Positions 1 to 11,242 of a stretch of DNA of 64,000 nt are shown piece by piece. This DNA is from a bacterium. GTDB taxonomy: Bacteria; SAR324; NAC60-12. The notes below the pieces were generated by a model. The model was not told the origin of the DNA and ran no database searches. It saw only the letters and a program-made list of their open reading frames with translations. Every line of letters begins with the position of its first letter. Positions within the stretch are counted from its first letter, which is position 1. The stretch lies in NCBI GenBank assembly GCA_965205865.1, contig CBDBHR010000029.1, forward strand, positions 352,001 to 416,000, given 5' to 3'. The translations under genes were made by a program, and so were the position numbers.

Positions 1-765
1 CTTCGTTTTACTGTCCTTTTTACCTGTCTCAAAAGCCATCATCTTAGAGAGCTTATTCATCTCCTTGATGAGGAAATCAAAATTTCTTTCACTGATCTCA
101 GCGATTCCAAATGTATCAAGGGAACGCCCTCGATGGTAGCTTCGCTCCACGAGACGAGTCAATATCGACGAATCAGTAGGCCAAGCTGTATTTCCTTTTA
201 CAGAGGTGCTATCCAGTTTTAAAATATCAAAATCGTCCAACTCTTCATCGAGAACCATTCGAATTTGAGCATCGAAAATAAACTGTCTGCTCTCGTTGCT
301 GACAGCATTGACATTATCAAGGATTGTACTCGCTCCCGGCATTTTCAATCCACGGTTGAGCAGAAGCAGATGCAGTGTGATTGACTCTGAAAGAAATATT
401 TGGGCCGTTTGGGATTTGATACTTCCTAAGTATCCCCGAATCATCATAAAAAGGTAGACTAAAAAAGCCGACATCCGAGGACACCCTATTTCCAGCCTCA
501 GTTCTTCCGGCTTCAATTCCTCATCTTCTACGGGAAGATGAGGAAGCCATGGATTCCGGGCTTCCTGCCATCGTTTATCCTCTAAACGCTCTTTCTTTTT
601 ATTTCTTGCGTATTTCTCCAAATCCTGTTCAATTTTGTCCAATATCTCCGGCTCTCGCTCAGACAATTGATCAAGTTCTGATAAGAAATTTTCAAATTCT
701 GTATCAGGAGCGCTTAAAATAAGATGTTTTTCTGCTCGAATGAATGGTTTCATTTTGGGTGCCAT
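1..765 (-). mobile_element. ISNCY/IS5-like DDE transposase, N-terminal part (runs off the window)
   Basis: Manual translation from ATG 765 gives MAPKMKPFIRAEKHL...GCPRMSAFLVYLF...LDSTSVKGNTAWPTDSSIL. The DST..(N)..(W/Y)PTD motif is shared with 7759-9330 and 37411-37780. Confidence 0.75.
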
Positions 766-889
766 AATTCTTAATATTGAAGTTATTCACAGTGATTTCA
801 ATGAATTATGGCACTTTTTAACCTCAAGTTAAAGATATAATTCTAAAAAATACCTTTTCGGCTAGGATCTAGCTATTGGTGATGGAGCC

Positions 890-1449
890 ATGGGGTTTTG
901 GGCTGCCATGGATGAAGTATATCCTCAGACACGTCATCAGCGCTGCTGGGTACACAAAACAGCTAATATCCTTAACTCTCTGCCCAAAAGCTCACAGCCT
1001 AAAGCTAAAGAGGCGATACATGAAATCTGGCAGGCAGAGACTAAAATCAATGCGGAGAAAGCCTTTGAACTCTTCATTGAAACCTATCAGGATAAATATC
1101 CAAAGGCCACCCTTTCTCTACAGCAAGATCGTGAAGAGTTACTGGCCTTTTATGATTTCCCTGCTAAACATTGGCAGAGTATACGAACCAGCAACCCGAT
1201 TGAATCCACCTTTGGTACCATAAGGCACAGAACTAAAAGATCAAAGGGCTGTCTCAATCGTGAAGGGATGCTGCACATGATGTTTAAGCTGGGACAATGC
1301 GCAGAAAAGAATTGGAGAAAGTTACGTGGCTTTGATTACCTGGCAAAGGTGATTGAAGGTGTACAATTCTCTGATGGAATCGAGGTGATTCCTGAAATCC
1401 GGATTGCCGCTTGATTTTTAACTCAAACACCACTTTTGACAATAACTCT
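890..1449 (+). pseudogene. IS256-family transposase, C-terminal fragment with right end
   Basis: Motifs QRCWVHK and IRTSNPIESTF. Probable terminal IR CACCACTTTTGACAATAACTC at 1429-1449. N-terminus missing. Confidence 0.85.
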
Positions 1450-1629
1450 TTTAAGATCGTGATTTAATCCTTAATTATTTAAGGATCATTGCACGATTTT
1501 ATAATAAAAAGCCAGCAGTTGTCGCAAATAACAAGTCAATCAAATCAATCAACCGGAGCCATTTTCTTAAAAAGTATTGAATCCACCTTCTTAGAAGGTG
1601 GTTTTAATGGGCCCCTGGAAGGGGCGTCT

Positions 1630-1766
1630 CGTGATCGTACTCGTGCTCGTGAACGAAACAGCATCCTAGAGAATCCTGGATTCCCTGCCGTCTCTTCTAT
1701 GCGAAATCCCCCTCTTAAGGGAATCGGGAACGTTTCCCCCGAGCACGTGCACGAGCACGATTACGA
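1630..1766. repeat. Imperfect inverted pair of CGTGCTCGTG/CACGAGCACG hexamer-like repeats
   Basis: cgtgatcgtactcgtgctcg (1630-1649) is near-complementary to cgagcacgtgcacgagcacgattacg (1740-1765). Confidence 0.55.
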
Positions 1767-2187
1767 ACTGTGCACGTTTCTGGCAGAGCCGATTATCTCT
1801 GACCACGCCCAAAGGACGTGGTTTAATCAGATAAAATGAAGAGTTTTACCGGAGGATAACATGCCTGACTGCGACACTCTTCGGCTAATTGAGGGTCGAT
1901 GATGCAAGTCCGGATAATTCTTGGTAAAATCAAGAATAGAGAAGTCATTGCGAAAGGGACTTCAGTCAAGGCCAGAAAACGTTTGAACAAGTTTTATTGG
2001 TCGAGCAACCGGATAAAAGTGAAAGGATTTGCTAATTCACACCGCAGCGGCGCCGAGCGATGATACAGACTAAGTTGAAACAACAGTCGATGCTGAATGA
2101 CAAAAATGGAAATTGCTGTCCTCTACGCAATGTGTTATTCTTTTGAAAAGACGACAAATTTTACCTCTCCTTCCCATCGAGGACATC

Positions 2188-3090
2188 ATGACTTCTTTAG
2201 AATCCTTCAAAAACTACTCCTCTCAAAAACGGTTGCCTCTCTCTGCCAAGGAGCCGCTCAGGGTGAGTGAGGCCGAGTATTGGAAGGTGTATTACGAACA
2301 CCCAGATGGTTCATATGAATGGAACAATGGCTTCTTGGAGGAAAAACCCATGCCCGATTTTCTAAGCATCTCCCTCTATCGATGGTTCTCGCGCTTATTA
2401 GAAGAATATTTGACCGTCTTTCCCATCGGACAGATCATGATATTGGAAATGGGCTTTCGTTTGGAGTTGGGAAAGAAAAAGGTGAGTATTCGCAAACCGG
2501 ATCTGGCCGTGATTCTCCACTCCAATCCTGTCGAGGCCAAACCGTTGGATCGTTCTTTTAGGGGAGTTTGTGATCTCTGTATTGAGTTTTTATCCGACTC
2601 GACTCCCGCGGAGGTAGAACGGGATACGGTCCACAAAAAAGAAGAATACGCCAAAGCAGGGGTGGCGGAATATTATATTTTAGACCGTTTGCGCAAGCAC
2701 ACCGCGTTCTATTTTCTGAATGAGCAGGGGGTTTATGAAAAGATGAAGCACCAAGAGCCTGGTGTGATTCATTCCCGGGTTTTGGATCGTTTCGCCTTTC
2801 GTCTGGAGGATTTAGAAAAACAGGTGGCCTTTGAAACGTTAATTGAGGATCCTCTCTACCAACCCTTCCTCCTGAAAAGCTTCCAAAAAGAGCGTCAACT
2901 GAAAGAAAAAGAGCGTCAACTGAAAGAAAAAGAGCGTCAACTGAAAGAAAAAGAGCGTCAGCAAAAAGAAAAAGAGCGACAACTGAAAGAAAACGCCTTG
3001 GCAAGAGAAAAAATTGCCTTGGCAAGAGAAGAAAAAGCTCTTGCGGAAGTCGAACGGCTGCGTGCTCTCCTTTCTTTGCGTTCTCGCTAG
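2188..3090 (+). CDS. Uma2 (DUF820) family PD-(D/E)XK nuclease with C-terminal KEKERQL coiled-coil repeats
   Basis: Motifs YEWNNG, RKPDLAV, IEFLSDST...DTVHKKEEYAKAGVAEYYILD. Start chosen at ATG 2188. Confidence 0.85.
   Translation: MTSLESFKNYSSQKRLPLSAKEPLRVSEAEYWKVYYEHPDGSYEWNNGFLEEKPMPDFLSISLYRWFSRLLEEYLTVFPIGQIMILEMGFRLELGKKKVSIRKPDLAVILHSNPVEAKPLDRSFRGVCDLCIEFLSDSTPAEVERDTVHKKEEYAKAGVAEYYILDRLRKHTAFYFLNEQGVYEKMKHQEPGVIHSRVLDRFAFRLEDLEKQVAFETLIEDPLYQPFLLKSFQKERQLKEKERQLKEKERQLKEKERQQKEKERQLKENALAREKIALAREEKALAEVERLRALLSLRSR
2887..2991 (+). repeat. In-frame 21-bp tandem repeat, about 5 copies
   Basis: Iterated unit aaagagcgtcaactgaaagaa encoding KERQLKE. Confidence 0.9.
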
Positions 3091-4379
3091 TGAATGATTC
3101 TTTTAGGAGGAGTCTGTTCGAGCGGGTCTTTGCTTTTCCAAGGTTTCTCTGGGGGGTACCGTCTTTCAGGCTGGTTCATCGCTGCCCGGCTACCGGTCGT
3201 GGTGGAACGCCAGGTATAGGCTCTGGTGAGTTCTTCCTCGCTGGAGCGGGGGCTGAGTTCTCCCACCCGCACATAGTTGCCCTCATCAATGGCCTGTCGC
3301 ATTCCACGAAGGAGGCCGGCTTCCATCCCATGCCCTTCAATCCCTCCGATCGATTCAGTCATCAAAGTCAGGCGTTTCAGTAATTTTTCAGAAGCATTTG
3401 CCAGGACCTCAGGGCGTAAGCTGATCGGATGAAGTTCCTGGGTTCGCTGCCAAGGTTTGACACAGGCCATGACCACCATGTGGCGTGAGTGATCGGTTTG
3501 GTTGATCCCTGTTCCATGCAGAGTGTACCCATCCATCAACATGAGGGTCCCTGCTTTGACTTCCAAGTTGATGGGTGGAGGCAGTTTGCCCACTGGTTTT
3601 TGATAGCCGCTTTCATAGATGATCTTCGCGCTTCGAGGGATAACCAGGGTCGAACCATTCAAGTAGCTGACATCTTCCAAATACAATAAGTGGTTGGTCA
3701 GCAGGGGGGCTTCATTGAGTTTGAAAGGGCTGTCTTGATGCAGAGATTGGGGCCGCCCCCCTTTGCGGGCGATGATGCACAAACAAGAGTGGATGATAAA
3801 GTCCTCTCCGACCGTCTCATGGACCAGTTGTTCAATCAAAGGGCCGGCTTGTATAAATGCAGGGTCGTGTTCAATGAAACCTCGAAAGCAGTCACTTTTG
3901 TTCACCAGGCAATCCACAAACTGGGTAATATCTTTATCCCATACCTGGTCCCGGCTGGCATTCAGGAAGTGGGCAATCCCGGCAAGGCGTTCTCCTTCGG
4001 CCTGTTCCACCACGCGGGTACGCATTGTATGCAGCTGTTCTTGACTCAAGGCATCCTCGACCAGGCAATAGCCAAATTCGCGGAAGTCATTTCGCAGTTG
4101 TTTGATCTCCTTGGTCGGAGAAGGGAGGGGGCCATTTTTTTCCCAATACTCTTTAGCGCTTCCCAGGGTGTTGTAGTAAAGCAAGTCGTCATTCAAGTCC
4201 ACCCCATTTTCCCCACCTGACGGACTTGGAGTGAAAACCAAGCCTTGCTTTTCTAAGCTTTGAAAGGGTTCGTTTACCTTGAGCAGATGGGTGAAGAGCT
4301 GCTCGCTTTCCGGGCTATTGGCCTGTACGTTTTCTGGCAAAAACTCTGGAGGGATGGATTGATTTTTACTTGGTTTCAT
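3087..4379 (-). CDS. Phytanoyl-CoA dioxygenase (PhyH) family Fe(II)/2OG oxygenase
   Basis: HxD motif QSLHQD, distal His in TLHGTGIN...R, and NGSTLVIPRS. Confidence 0.8.
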   Translation of the reverse strand: MKPSKNQSIPPEFLPENVQANSPESEQLFTHLLKVNEPFQSLEKQGLVFTPSPSGGENGVDLNDDLLYYNTLGSAKEYWEKNGPLPSPTKEIKQLRNDFREFGYCLVEDALSQEQLHTMRTRVVEQAEGERLAGIAHFLNASRDQVWDKDITQFVDCLVNKSDCFRGFIEHDPAFIQAGPLIEQLVHETVGEDFIIHSCLCIIARKGGRPQSLHQDSPFKLNEAPLLTNHLLYLEDVSYLNGSTLVIPRSAKIIYESGYQKPVGKLPPPINLEVKAGTLMLMDGYTLHGTGINQTDHSRHMVVMACVKPWQRTQELHPISLRPEVLANASEKLLKRLTLMTESIGGIEGHGMEAGLLRGMRQAIDEGNYVRVGELSPRSSEEELTRAYTWRSTTTGSRAAMNQPERRYPPEKPWKSKDPLEQTPPKRIIH

Positions 4380-4395
4380 AATCGATTCCTTTTCT

Positions 4396-5325
4396 TTATT
4401 TATTGCGTTTCTTCGATAAACCAAAACGGCCTACTTTGCCACGCAAGCGGGGGTCGAGCAGGTCTCGCATGGCATCCCCGAACATGTTGATGCCAAAGAC
4501 GACAATGGCCAGAGACAATCCTGGCCAGAAGGCAATTCCTATGTTCTGCAACATATATTTCTGACCCTCCAGGCTCAACATGCCGCCCCAGGTGACCCTG
4601 GGAGGCGGGATGCCAAACCCCAGAAAGCTGATGGTGGCCTCGGAGATGATGATACCCCCCAGGGAAACGGTGACGACCACTATCATCGGGGCCGCAATCT
4701 GGGGCAGAATGTGCTGGAGCAGGATGCGCCAGATAGGACAGCCCACTGCCCGGGCGGCCTCCACATACGCATTCTCTTTAGCACTGAGCACCACGCCCCG
4801 CACGGTCCGGATGTTGGCAATTCCCCAAAAGGCACCTAAGACAATGATGGTTTGGGTGACCCCAGGTCCGAGCAGGGACATGACGGTCAGGAGGATAAAC
4901 ATCCCTGGGAAGGAAAGCCAGGCATCGACAACGCGCTGTATGATCATGTCTAATTTTCCGCCAAAATATCCGGACACCAAGCCAAACCCGGTGGATATGA
5001 TTACGAGCATCCCACAGGCAGCCACGCCCACCACCATTGAGACCTGGGCTCCATAGATTATCCGGCTTAGGATATCCCGTCCAAAATGGTCGGTTCCCAG
5101 GATATGCCCGGAAACGGGGCCCTTCAACCGGTTTTTCATGTCAAATTCCTGCAAACCATAGGGGGCTAAAAAGTCCGCGAAGATACCGACCAGAAAAAAA
5201 ATGATGACAATGATCAGTCCAAATGCTCCCAGTTTCTTTTCCCGGAAGAGCCGGGAGAGAAAGGTGAGGAAAGCACCCTTTCTGGCCGGAAGCATGACAG
5301 GCGATGATGTAGTTTTGGTTGTCAT
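4396..5325 (-). CDS. Peptide ABC transporter permease (DppC/OppC-like)
   Basis: LGTDHFGRDILSRIIYGA, EAA loop YVEAARAVG, GDAMRDLLDPR. Confidence 0.92.
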   Translation of the reverse strand: MTTKTTSSPVMLPARKGAFLTFLSRLFREKKLGAFGLIIVIIFFLVGIFADFLAPYGLQEFDMKNRLKGPVSGHILGTDHFGRDILSRIIYGAQVSMVVGVAACGMLVIISTGFGLVSGYFGGKLDMIIQRVVDAWLSFPGMFILLTVMSLLGPGVTQTIIVLGAFWGIANIRTVRGVVLSAKENAYVEAARAVGCPIWRILLQHILPQIAAPMIVVVTVSLGGIIISEATISFLGFGIPPPRVTWGGMLSLEGQKYMLQNIGIAFWPGLSLAIVVFGINMFGDAMRDLLDPRLRGKVGRFGLSKKRNK

Positions 5326-5327
5326 TT

Positions 5328-6278
5328 CTATTTATACTTTATCCGCGGATCAAGCCAAGCGTAGCTGATATCAACGAGCAAATTGACGATCAAGACAAAA
5401 CTGGCGAGAAACACATTGATGCCGGAGACAATGGGATAGTCGCGTTTTAAAATCGCCTCCACCATCAACTTTCCCAGTCCAGGCAACCCAAAGATGTACT
5501 CCACGGCCACCGCGCCTCCAATGACGACCGGGAGCTGCAGACCCACAATGGTGACCACCGGGATCAGCGAATTTTTCAGGACATGCCGGATGACAACAAC
5601 TTTCATCTTCAGCCCCTTGGCCCAGGCCGTACGTACGTAATCCTGGGAGAAGGTTTCGAGTACCATGGTCCGGGTCAGGCGCATGGTCATCCCGTTGAAC
5701 CAAAACCCCAGGATAATAGAGGGGATGAGGACCATGCTCAGGTTTGCTATCGGGTCATCAAAGAAAAAAGTATAAAACACCGGAGGCGACACCCCCCACC
5801 AGACTGCTGGAAAGATCACCACCATGGTTCCCAGCCAGAAATCAGGAACGCAGATGAGGAGGACCGCCAGGCTGCGTAAAAGATTATCTGCAGTCGACTC
5901 GGGCCGAATGCCGGAAATAACACCAACCGGAATGGCGATAATCAATGAGATGAAAATGGCAAGTAAACCAAGTTCCAGAGAGACCGGCAATCCTGTTTTA
6001 ATGCTATCCATTACTGGGACTTTGGTCCAAAGGGAGTTACCCAGGTTCCCCTTCAAGATCCCGGTGATCCACTTGCCATATTGGACATGGATGGGCAAAT
6101 CCAGCCCCAGATAGGCCACCAGTTCCTCACGTACATTTTGACCTTCCGACCACCGATTTGCCATCATCATGTCGATTATACTGCCCGGGATGAATCGCAT
6201 GGTGGCAAAAACGATGAGGGACACCAGGATCAAGGTAGGGATCATCATCAGCAACCGGCGGATAATGTAGGTACTCAA
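5328..6278 (-). CDS. Peptide ABC transporter permease (DppB/OppB-like)
   Basis: YIIRRLL, QDYVRTAWAKGL, RDYPIV, LDPRIKY. Confidence 0.92.
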   Translation of the reverse strand: MSTYIIRRLLMMIPTLILVSLIVFATMRFIPGSIIDMMMANRWSEGQNVREELVAYLGLDLPIHVQYGKWITGILKGNLGNSLWTKVPVMDSIKTGLPVSLELGLLAIFISLIIAIPVGVISGIRPESTADNLLRSLAVLLICVPDFWLGTMVVIFPAVWWGVSPPVFYTFFFDDPIANLSMVLIPSIILGFWFNGMTMRLTRTMVLETFSQDYVRTAWAKGLKMKVVVIRHVLKNSLIPVVTIVGLQLPVVIGGAVAVEYIFGLPGLGKLMVEAILKRDYPIVSGINVFLASFVLIVNLLVDISYAWLDPRIKYK

Positions 6279-6293
6279 GTTTTACTCCTAAAA

Positions 6294-6324
6294 AAAAGGT
6301 TGGACGGCTCACGTCCAACCTTTT
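6294..6324 (-). terminator. Hairpin between the SBP gene and the permease genes (terminator or stabiliser)
   Basis: 13-bp stem aaaaggttggacg / cgtccaacctttt with a 5-nt loop, followed by a T-run on the minus strand. Confidence 0.7.
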
Positions 6325-6346
6325 GTTAAACACTTTCTAATAGGGC

Positions 6347-7410
6347 CTAGAATTCATTGGCTTTGCGACCTGTCATCTCCTCCCTCATGCCGGAATCAAG
6401 CCAGACATATTTCTGATTGTGAAGCCATTTGTTATAGAGACCATGTGCCCCATTCGCGCCATGCATCCAAGGCAGTGTGTAGTTCTGCCCCATCTTCATG
6501 ACCAAGGGCATGAACCACATTTCCTCGTATGCCCAATAGGATACCTCCCGCCATTTCTTCAGGTGCTCTTCCGGAGTTTTGGCGTCATACATCGCTTCAA
6601 TTCTTGTGATGAGCTCCTGACCATAGTCACTTTCTTCGAACTCTTTGTTACCCTGTGCGAACCAGGCAAAATCCGAACGGGGGTCCAGGTGGAATTTGTA
6701 TATACAGTCCGAAAAGGCCACCTGGCATCCCGTATCAGAGGTAACCAACCCAGTATAGGAGGGATCCGGCGTACGCGACATGGTCAAAGAATACATTTGA
6801 GCTTCTCCCACATCCCTCACTTCCACATTAATGCCTACTTGGGCCAGGTAGAGGGAGGCAGCTTCTGCGTCTTCGAGAAAAAGTTGACTGGTAATGATAT
6901 TGGTATCAAAGCCATTGGGGTACCCCGCCTCGGCAAGCAACTTCTTGGCCTCATCGGGGTGATAATCGAACATCCTGCGAATGTGGGGAAGATCCCGCTC
7001 CAGGTCCTCCAATGAAATGTGATAGGGAGCCCAGGCAGGAGCCAGGGGAAATGTGGGATACACTGCATCACCCTGGTTTAGCTCATTCTTCATTTCCTCC
7101 TGGTTGATCGCCAGCATGACGGCATGCCGTACCCGCTTATCATTGAAGGGGGGTTTTACAATATTAGCTGCTAACAGCATCGCCCGACGAGGCATATTAT
7201 TGACTGTTGTTCCTTTGGGCATTTGCTCTACAAGCTCCTTCTTATATTGAGGTGCCATACCGGAAACTTGAACGTCTATCTTGCCCGTTCGTAAAGCCGC
7301 GACCTTGGCTGCTTCCTCCAATTCGATAAACTTGATCCCGTCCAGGTACGGCAACTTATTGTTGGGATGTAAAGGATCTTGCTGCCAGTAGTTCGGGTTC
7401 TTTACATAGG
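6347..7410 (-). pseudogene. Peptide ABC substrate-binding protein (family 5), 5'-truncated by an IS
   Basis: LPYLDGI, ALRTGKID, PFNDKRVRHAVMLAIN, AKKLLAEAGYPNGF. Upstream sequence is replaced by the IS end at 7411. Confidence 0.85.
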
Positions 7411-9534
7411 TAGTGCTTGGCCGAAAAATACTCAAATTGCTGATATTAAATGACAATTCTTCAATTTCACAGGATGAAGATTGGTTTGATGCAGTGTTCA
7501 GATGGCCAAAATCAGCAAAAAATGGGATTTTTATGAGTTTCTCCAAAATCTTCGTTTCTTAAAAAGAGGTGAATACCATTAAATATCATGTAAAGTCTTT
7601 CATTAATTATATCAAGATGATAAACTGATACTTGTGACGCGAAGATTTGAAAAAACCCGAGTTTGCGCCACCTCGCATGAAGGGTCAATCGTTGCAGTTA
7701 CAGTATCTTCGGACTGGTTTCTTTCGTTTTTCCGTAAATCTTCAAGATTTGAAATTTTATGCGCACCATAGGTGACCCCCAGATGAAGTTCGGCGAAGTC
7801 GACATTGCCGCCATCGAGTTGGATCTAAAATCCCGTGATGACATCCCCCCTATCCTTAGTGGTTTGCAATACATATACGCCACGCCAGCATTACGCGCAT
7901 CGGTATTCAAGGTTCTGGAACGGGTCATCCCCTCGCGAAGCGGTTCGGGCCTGAGCAACGAAGACAGGCATCGCAAAGCGGACCCCCGTCTTGGTCGTCC
8001 CGGGATGGAGCAGTGGAAGATTCTGGTGCTTGGCGTACTGCGCCTGGGTCTCAACAGCGATTACGACCGCATCCATGAGTTGGCTAACCATCACGACACC
8101 ATCCGGCAGATGCTCGGACATGGTGGGTGGGAGGACAAAACGACGTACAACCGGCAGACGATCAAGGATAACCTGCGTCTTTTCACACCTGAGATTCTCG
8201 ATGAGATCAATCAGTTGGTTGTCAAAGCCGGACATGGGCTGGTAAAAAAAAACGCCCCAAAAGATGGGCCAACCCGAATTCGCACGGAGAAGAAGATTGA
8301 ACTTCATGATTCAACCAAGGCGCTACGTGCACGCTGCGACTCCTTTGTGGTTGAAACCAATGTACATTATCCGACCGACATCAACCTGCTCTTCGACGCC
8401 GTACGCAAGACGGTTGAAGAATGCGCCAGGCTTTCACGGAGTTGTCAGTTGGAGAGCTGGCGACAATATCGGAACAACCTCAGGCAGTTCAAAAAGCAGT
8501 ATCGTCTCATCCAAAAGCTCAGGCCCTCCACTTCGAAAGTTGAGCAAATAAAGCGTGCCCGTGAAGAAAAGAGGCGCAAGGAATATCTCAAATACGTCCT
8601 CATGGCCAAGGGGTATCACCTGCGGGTCCAGACAAGCCTGGAACTTTTGGAAAAACGGGTGCGCTCCTCCTTGAAACTGCTACGCTTACGGGAGTACATG
8701 GGCTCTGCAAAAAAACTCATGAGCCAAATCATCCGCAGGGTGTGCTTCAACGAAACCATCCCTCATCATGAAAAAATCTTTTCCATCTTCGAGCCCCACA
8801 CCGAGTGGATCAGCAAGGGCAAGGCGGGAGTGCCGGTGGAACTCGGACTCAGGGTCAACCTCATTGAGGACCAGCATCAATTCATCCTTCACCATCAGGT
8901 GATGCGCAGGCAGACCGATGAGAAGGTGGCCGTGGAAATCGTCGAAGAAACCAAAAAACGCTTCCCCGAGCTTGCGGTCGTTAGTTGGGACAAGGGCGCT
9001 CACAGCCCACAGAATCAGCGTGAACTCAAAGCACTGCTGGATCTTGTCGTGCTTCCCAAAAAAGGCAAGTTGAGCAAAGCAGACCGGCAGAGAGAAGATT
9101 CCCGGGAATTCAAACTCCTGCGCCGCCAACACTCTGCGGTCGAATCCGCCATCAACGCTCTGGAAGTGCACGGACTCGACCGATGTCCGGATCATGGAAT
9201 CAAGGGGTTCGAACGCTATGTCGCTCTGGCTGTGCTTGCAAAAAACATCCACCGTCTCGGCACCGTCCTGCGTGAACAGCAAAAAGAACGGCAGCGTCGT
9301 AAACGAGGACCCTACAAAAAAGCGGCCTGAACCCAAGAGTGACTCCCCATTCTGAAACAAGAGGGGAGGCCGGGAAGGGGGGGCGAGTGTCCAAAAATAG
9401 GGGGGGTAACAAAAAATTAGGGATCCCAAAGAAAAATAGCTTCAATTCTCTAAAATATGGCTTGTTCAAAAACAGATGTTCTCGCGGATTCTACACCTCT
9501 TATTAGTAAAATTGTATTTTTCTGTCAGGCACTA
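7411..9534 (+). mobile_element. Complete ISNCY/IS5-like insertion sequence
   Basis: Terminal IRs TAGTGCTTGGCCGAAAAATAC (7411) and GTATTTTTCTGTCAGGCACTA (ends 9534). No matching TSD and unrelated flanks. Confidence 0.85.
7759..9330 (+). CDS. ISNCY-family DDE transposase (523 aa)
   Basis: DSFVVETNVHYPTD, KGKAGVPVELG, WDKG, HSAVESAINALE. Confidence 0.88.
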   Translation: MRTIGDPQMKFGEVDIAAIELDLKSRDDIPPILSGLQYIYATPALRASVFKVLERVIPSRSGSGLSNEDRHRKADPRLGRPGMEQWKILVLGVLRLGLNSDYDRIHELANHHDTIRQMLGHGGWEDKTTYNRQTIKDNLRLFTPEILDEINQLVVKAGHGLVKKNAPKDGPTRIRTEKKIELHDSTKALRARCDSFVVETNVHYPTDINLLFDAVRKTVEECARLSRSCQLESWRQYRNNLRQFKKQYRLIQKLRPSTSKVEQIKRAREEKRRKEYLKYVLMAKGYHLRVQTSLELLEKRVRSSLKLLRLREYMGSAKKLMSQIIRRVCFNETIPHHEKIFSIFEPHTEWISKGKAGVPVELGLRVNLIEDQHQFILHHQVMRRQTDEKVAVEIVEETKKRFPELAVVSWDKGAHSPQNQRELKALLDLVVLPKKGKLSKADRQREDSREFKLLRRQHSAVESAINALEVHGLDRCPDHGIKGFERYVALAVLAKNIHRLGTVLREQQKERQRRKRGPYKKAA

Positions 9535-9547
9535 AATACCTAAACTA

Positions 9548-10518
9548 TGAACAACACCCAAGAGACACCATCCCCCATCAGTGAGCCCAAGCGACGGGGT
9601 CAGTTTGCAGATTTCTGGATCAGGCTGTTCAAGGAGAAACCCCTCGGGATGCTCGGCGGAGTGATCATCCTGCTCTTGATCAGGATTTCTCTCTTTGCCG
9701 ATGCGCTGGCGCCTTATCCTTATAATAAAATCCACTTGAGAGACCAGATATAAGAGGCCTCGGCCCAGTATCTCCTCGGGACCGACCACGTCGGGCGGGA
9801 CTTATTGAGCCGCCTGATCCACAGGGCGCGGATTTCCTTAGGAGTCGGTCTGGCCGCGACCACGCTCAATGTGCTCGTCGCGCTCCTGGTCGGCAGCGTT
9901 TCCGGATTCCTGGGGGGGAAAGTGGACTTGGCCATGCAGCGCCTGGTCGATGCCTGGATCGCCTTTCCGGGACTGCTGTTGTTGTTGACCATCATGTCCA
10001 TCGTGGGACAGGGGTTGCTCCAGATCATCCTGGTACTAGGGATCGCCGGTGGGGTGGAAGGCTCCCGCGTCGTGCGGGGCGCGGTGATCGCCATTAAAGA
10101 GAATGATTACTTTCTGGCGGCGAAAGCCCTGGGCAGTCCTTTGCCCACCACCCTGAGACGGCATGTGCTGCCCAATATCATGCCGCCCCTCATCATCATC
10201 TTCTCCATCAACATTGGTGCCGTCATCATGTCAGAGGCGGCGCTGAGCTTTCTCGGCTTCGGTCTGCCCTCGAACATTCCCAGTTGGGGAGGCATGCTCA
10301 GCCGGGAAGGACGGCTCTACATGGAGATGGCCCCCTGGCTGGCGCTCTGGCCGGGGCTTTGCCTGACAATGGTCGTTTTCAGTCTCAACATGTTCGGCGA
10401 TGCCATGCGCGATCTGCTCGATCCCCGGTTGCGGGGCGGCGAGGGTAGCTACGGCGCCGCAAAGAGGAAACGCAAACGAGGCCTCCTGGCCAGACTGCTC
10501 TATCCTTTCCACGGGTAA
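9548..10518 (+). pseudogene. DppC-like permease with a premature stop (TAA 9751-9753)
   Basis: The two ORFs together align end to end with the paralogue at 62830-63798. Confidence 0.85.
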
Positions 10519-11242
10519 ATGAGCAAAAGGAATCCATCCCTTTTTCCTTCCTGAGAATTGCGGGAATGTCGATGCCGCATATCGGGGTGAGCTCGCCGAT
10601 TGGCATTGGAATCGATGCCACTTAGAGATCGCTCCCACTCTTCAAATCAAAGGCTTTCAAGTCCTCCCCAAACGATGGATTGTGGAAATAACAATTGCTT
10701 GGTTTGGACGGTATCGTTGGCTCAACACCGATAATGAACGATACTCGAACTGCTGAAGTGATTGTCTATATAGCCATGATTCAACTCCTGTTAAAACGCA
10801 TCAGGTAATTCTTATTCAGGTTCTTAATAGTTTTGTATCTGTCCATTTTCGTCAGTTTTTAAAATTGAGGAAGAGCTTTTTTGAGAAGTTGTTCATTATC
10901 AAGGTCCCATACCGGCGTAAAGGGTTTACCATTAATGTTTTAAATTCGCCATCAGCCCAGTCCGGGAAAACCAGGGAATAGGACTGGTCCTTTGACCCCG
11001 GTTTTTCGGTCTATGTCACTTTTGATACCGAAATTGGAATTGTTGCGATTTCCTGTTATTTCCAGGACGATCTTCAAAGTAAAACAATAGATTGGAAATT
11101 GTACGAGAAATCGATAATGAAAGAGTTAATGGCGAGTATGGAATTGCGGTTGCATTTAATCCAGGGTATCTCTACTGATATTGTAATTCAAACTCCAGCC
11201 GGCAAATCGAAACCGGAACTGCAGGAAAGGTATAACAACATT

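Noticed and set aside
1489-1839. 116-aa ORF
   Set aside because: Reads through hexamer repeats (RDRTRARER, EHVHEHD) and has no protein signature.
1895-2035. Possible remnant of a small toxin-like gene (ILGKIKNREVIAKG...KVKGFA)
   Set aside because: Too short and degraded to support a call without a search.
7411-7546. N-terminus of the 399-aa SBP ORF
   Set aside because: These codons come from the IS end and are not part of the original gene.
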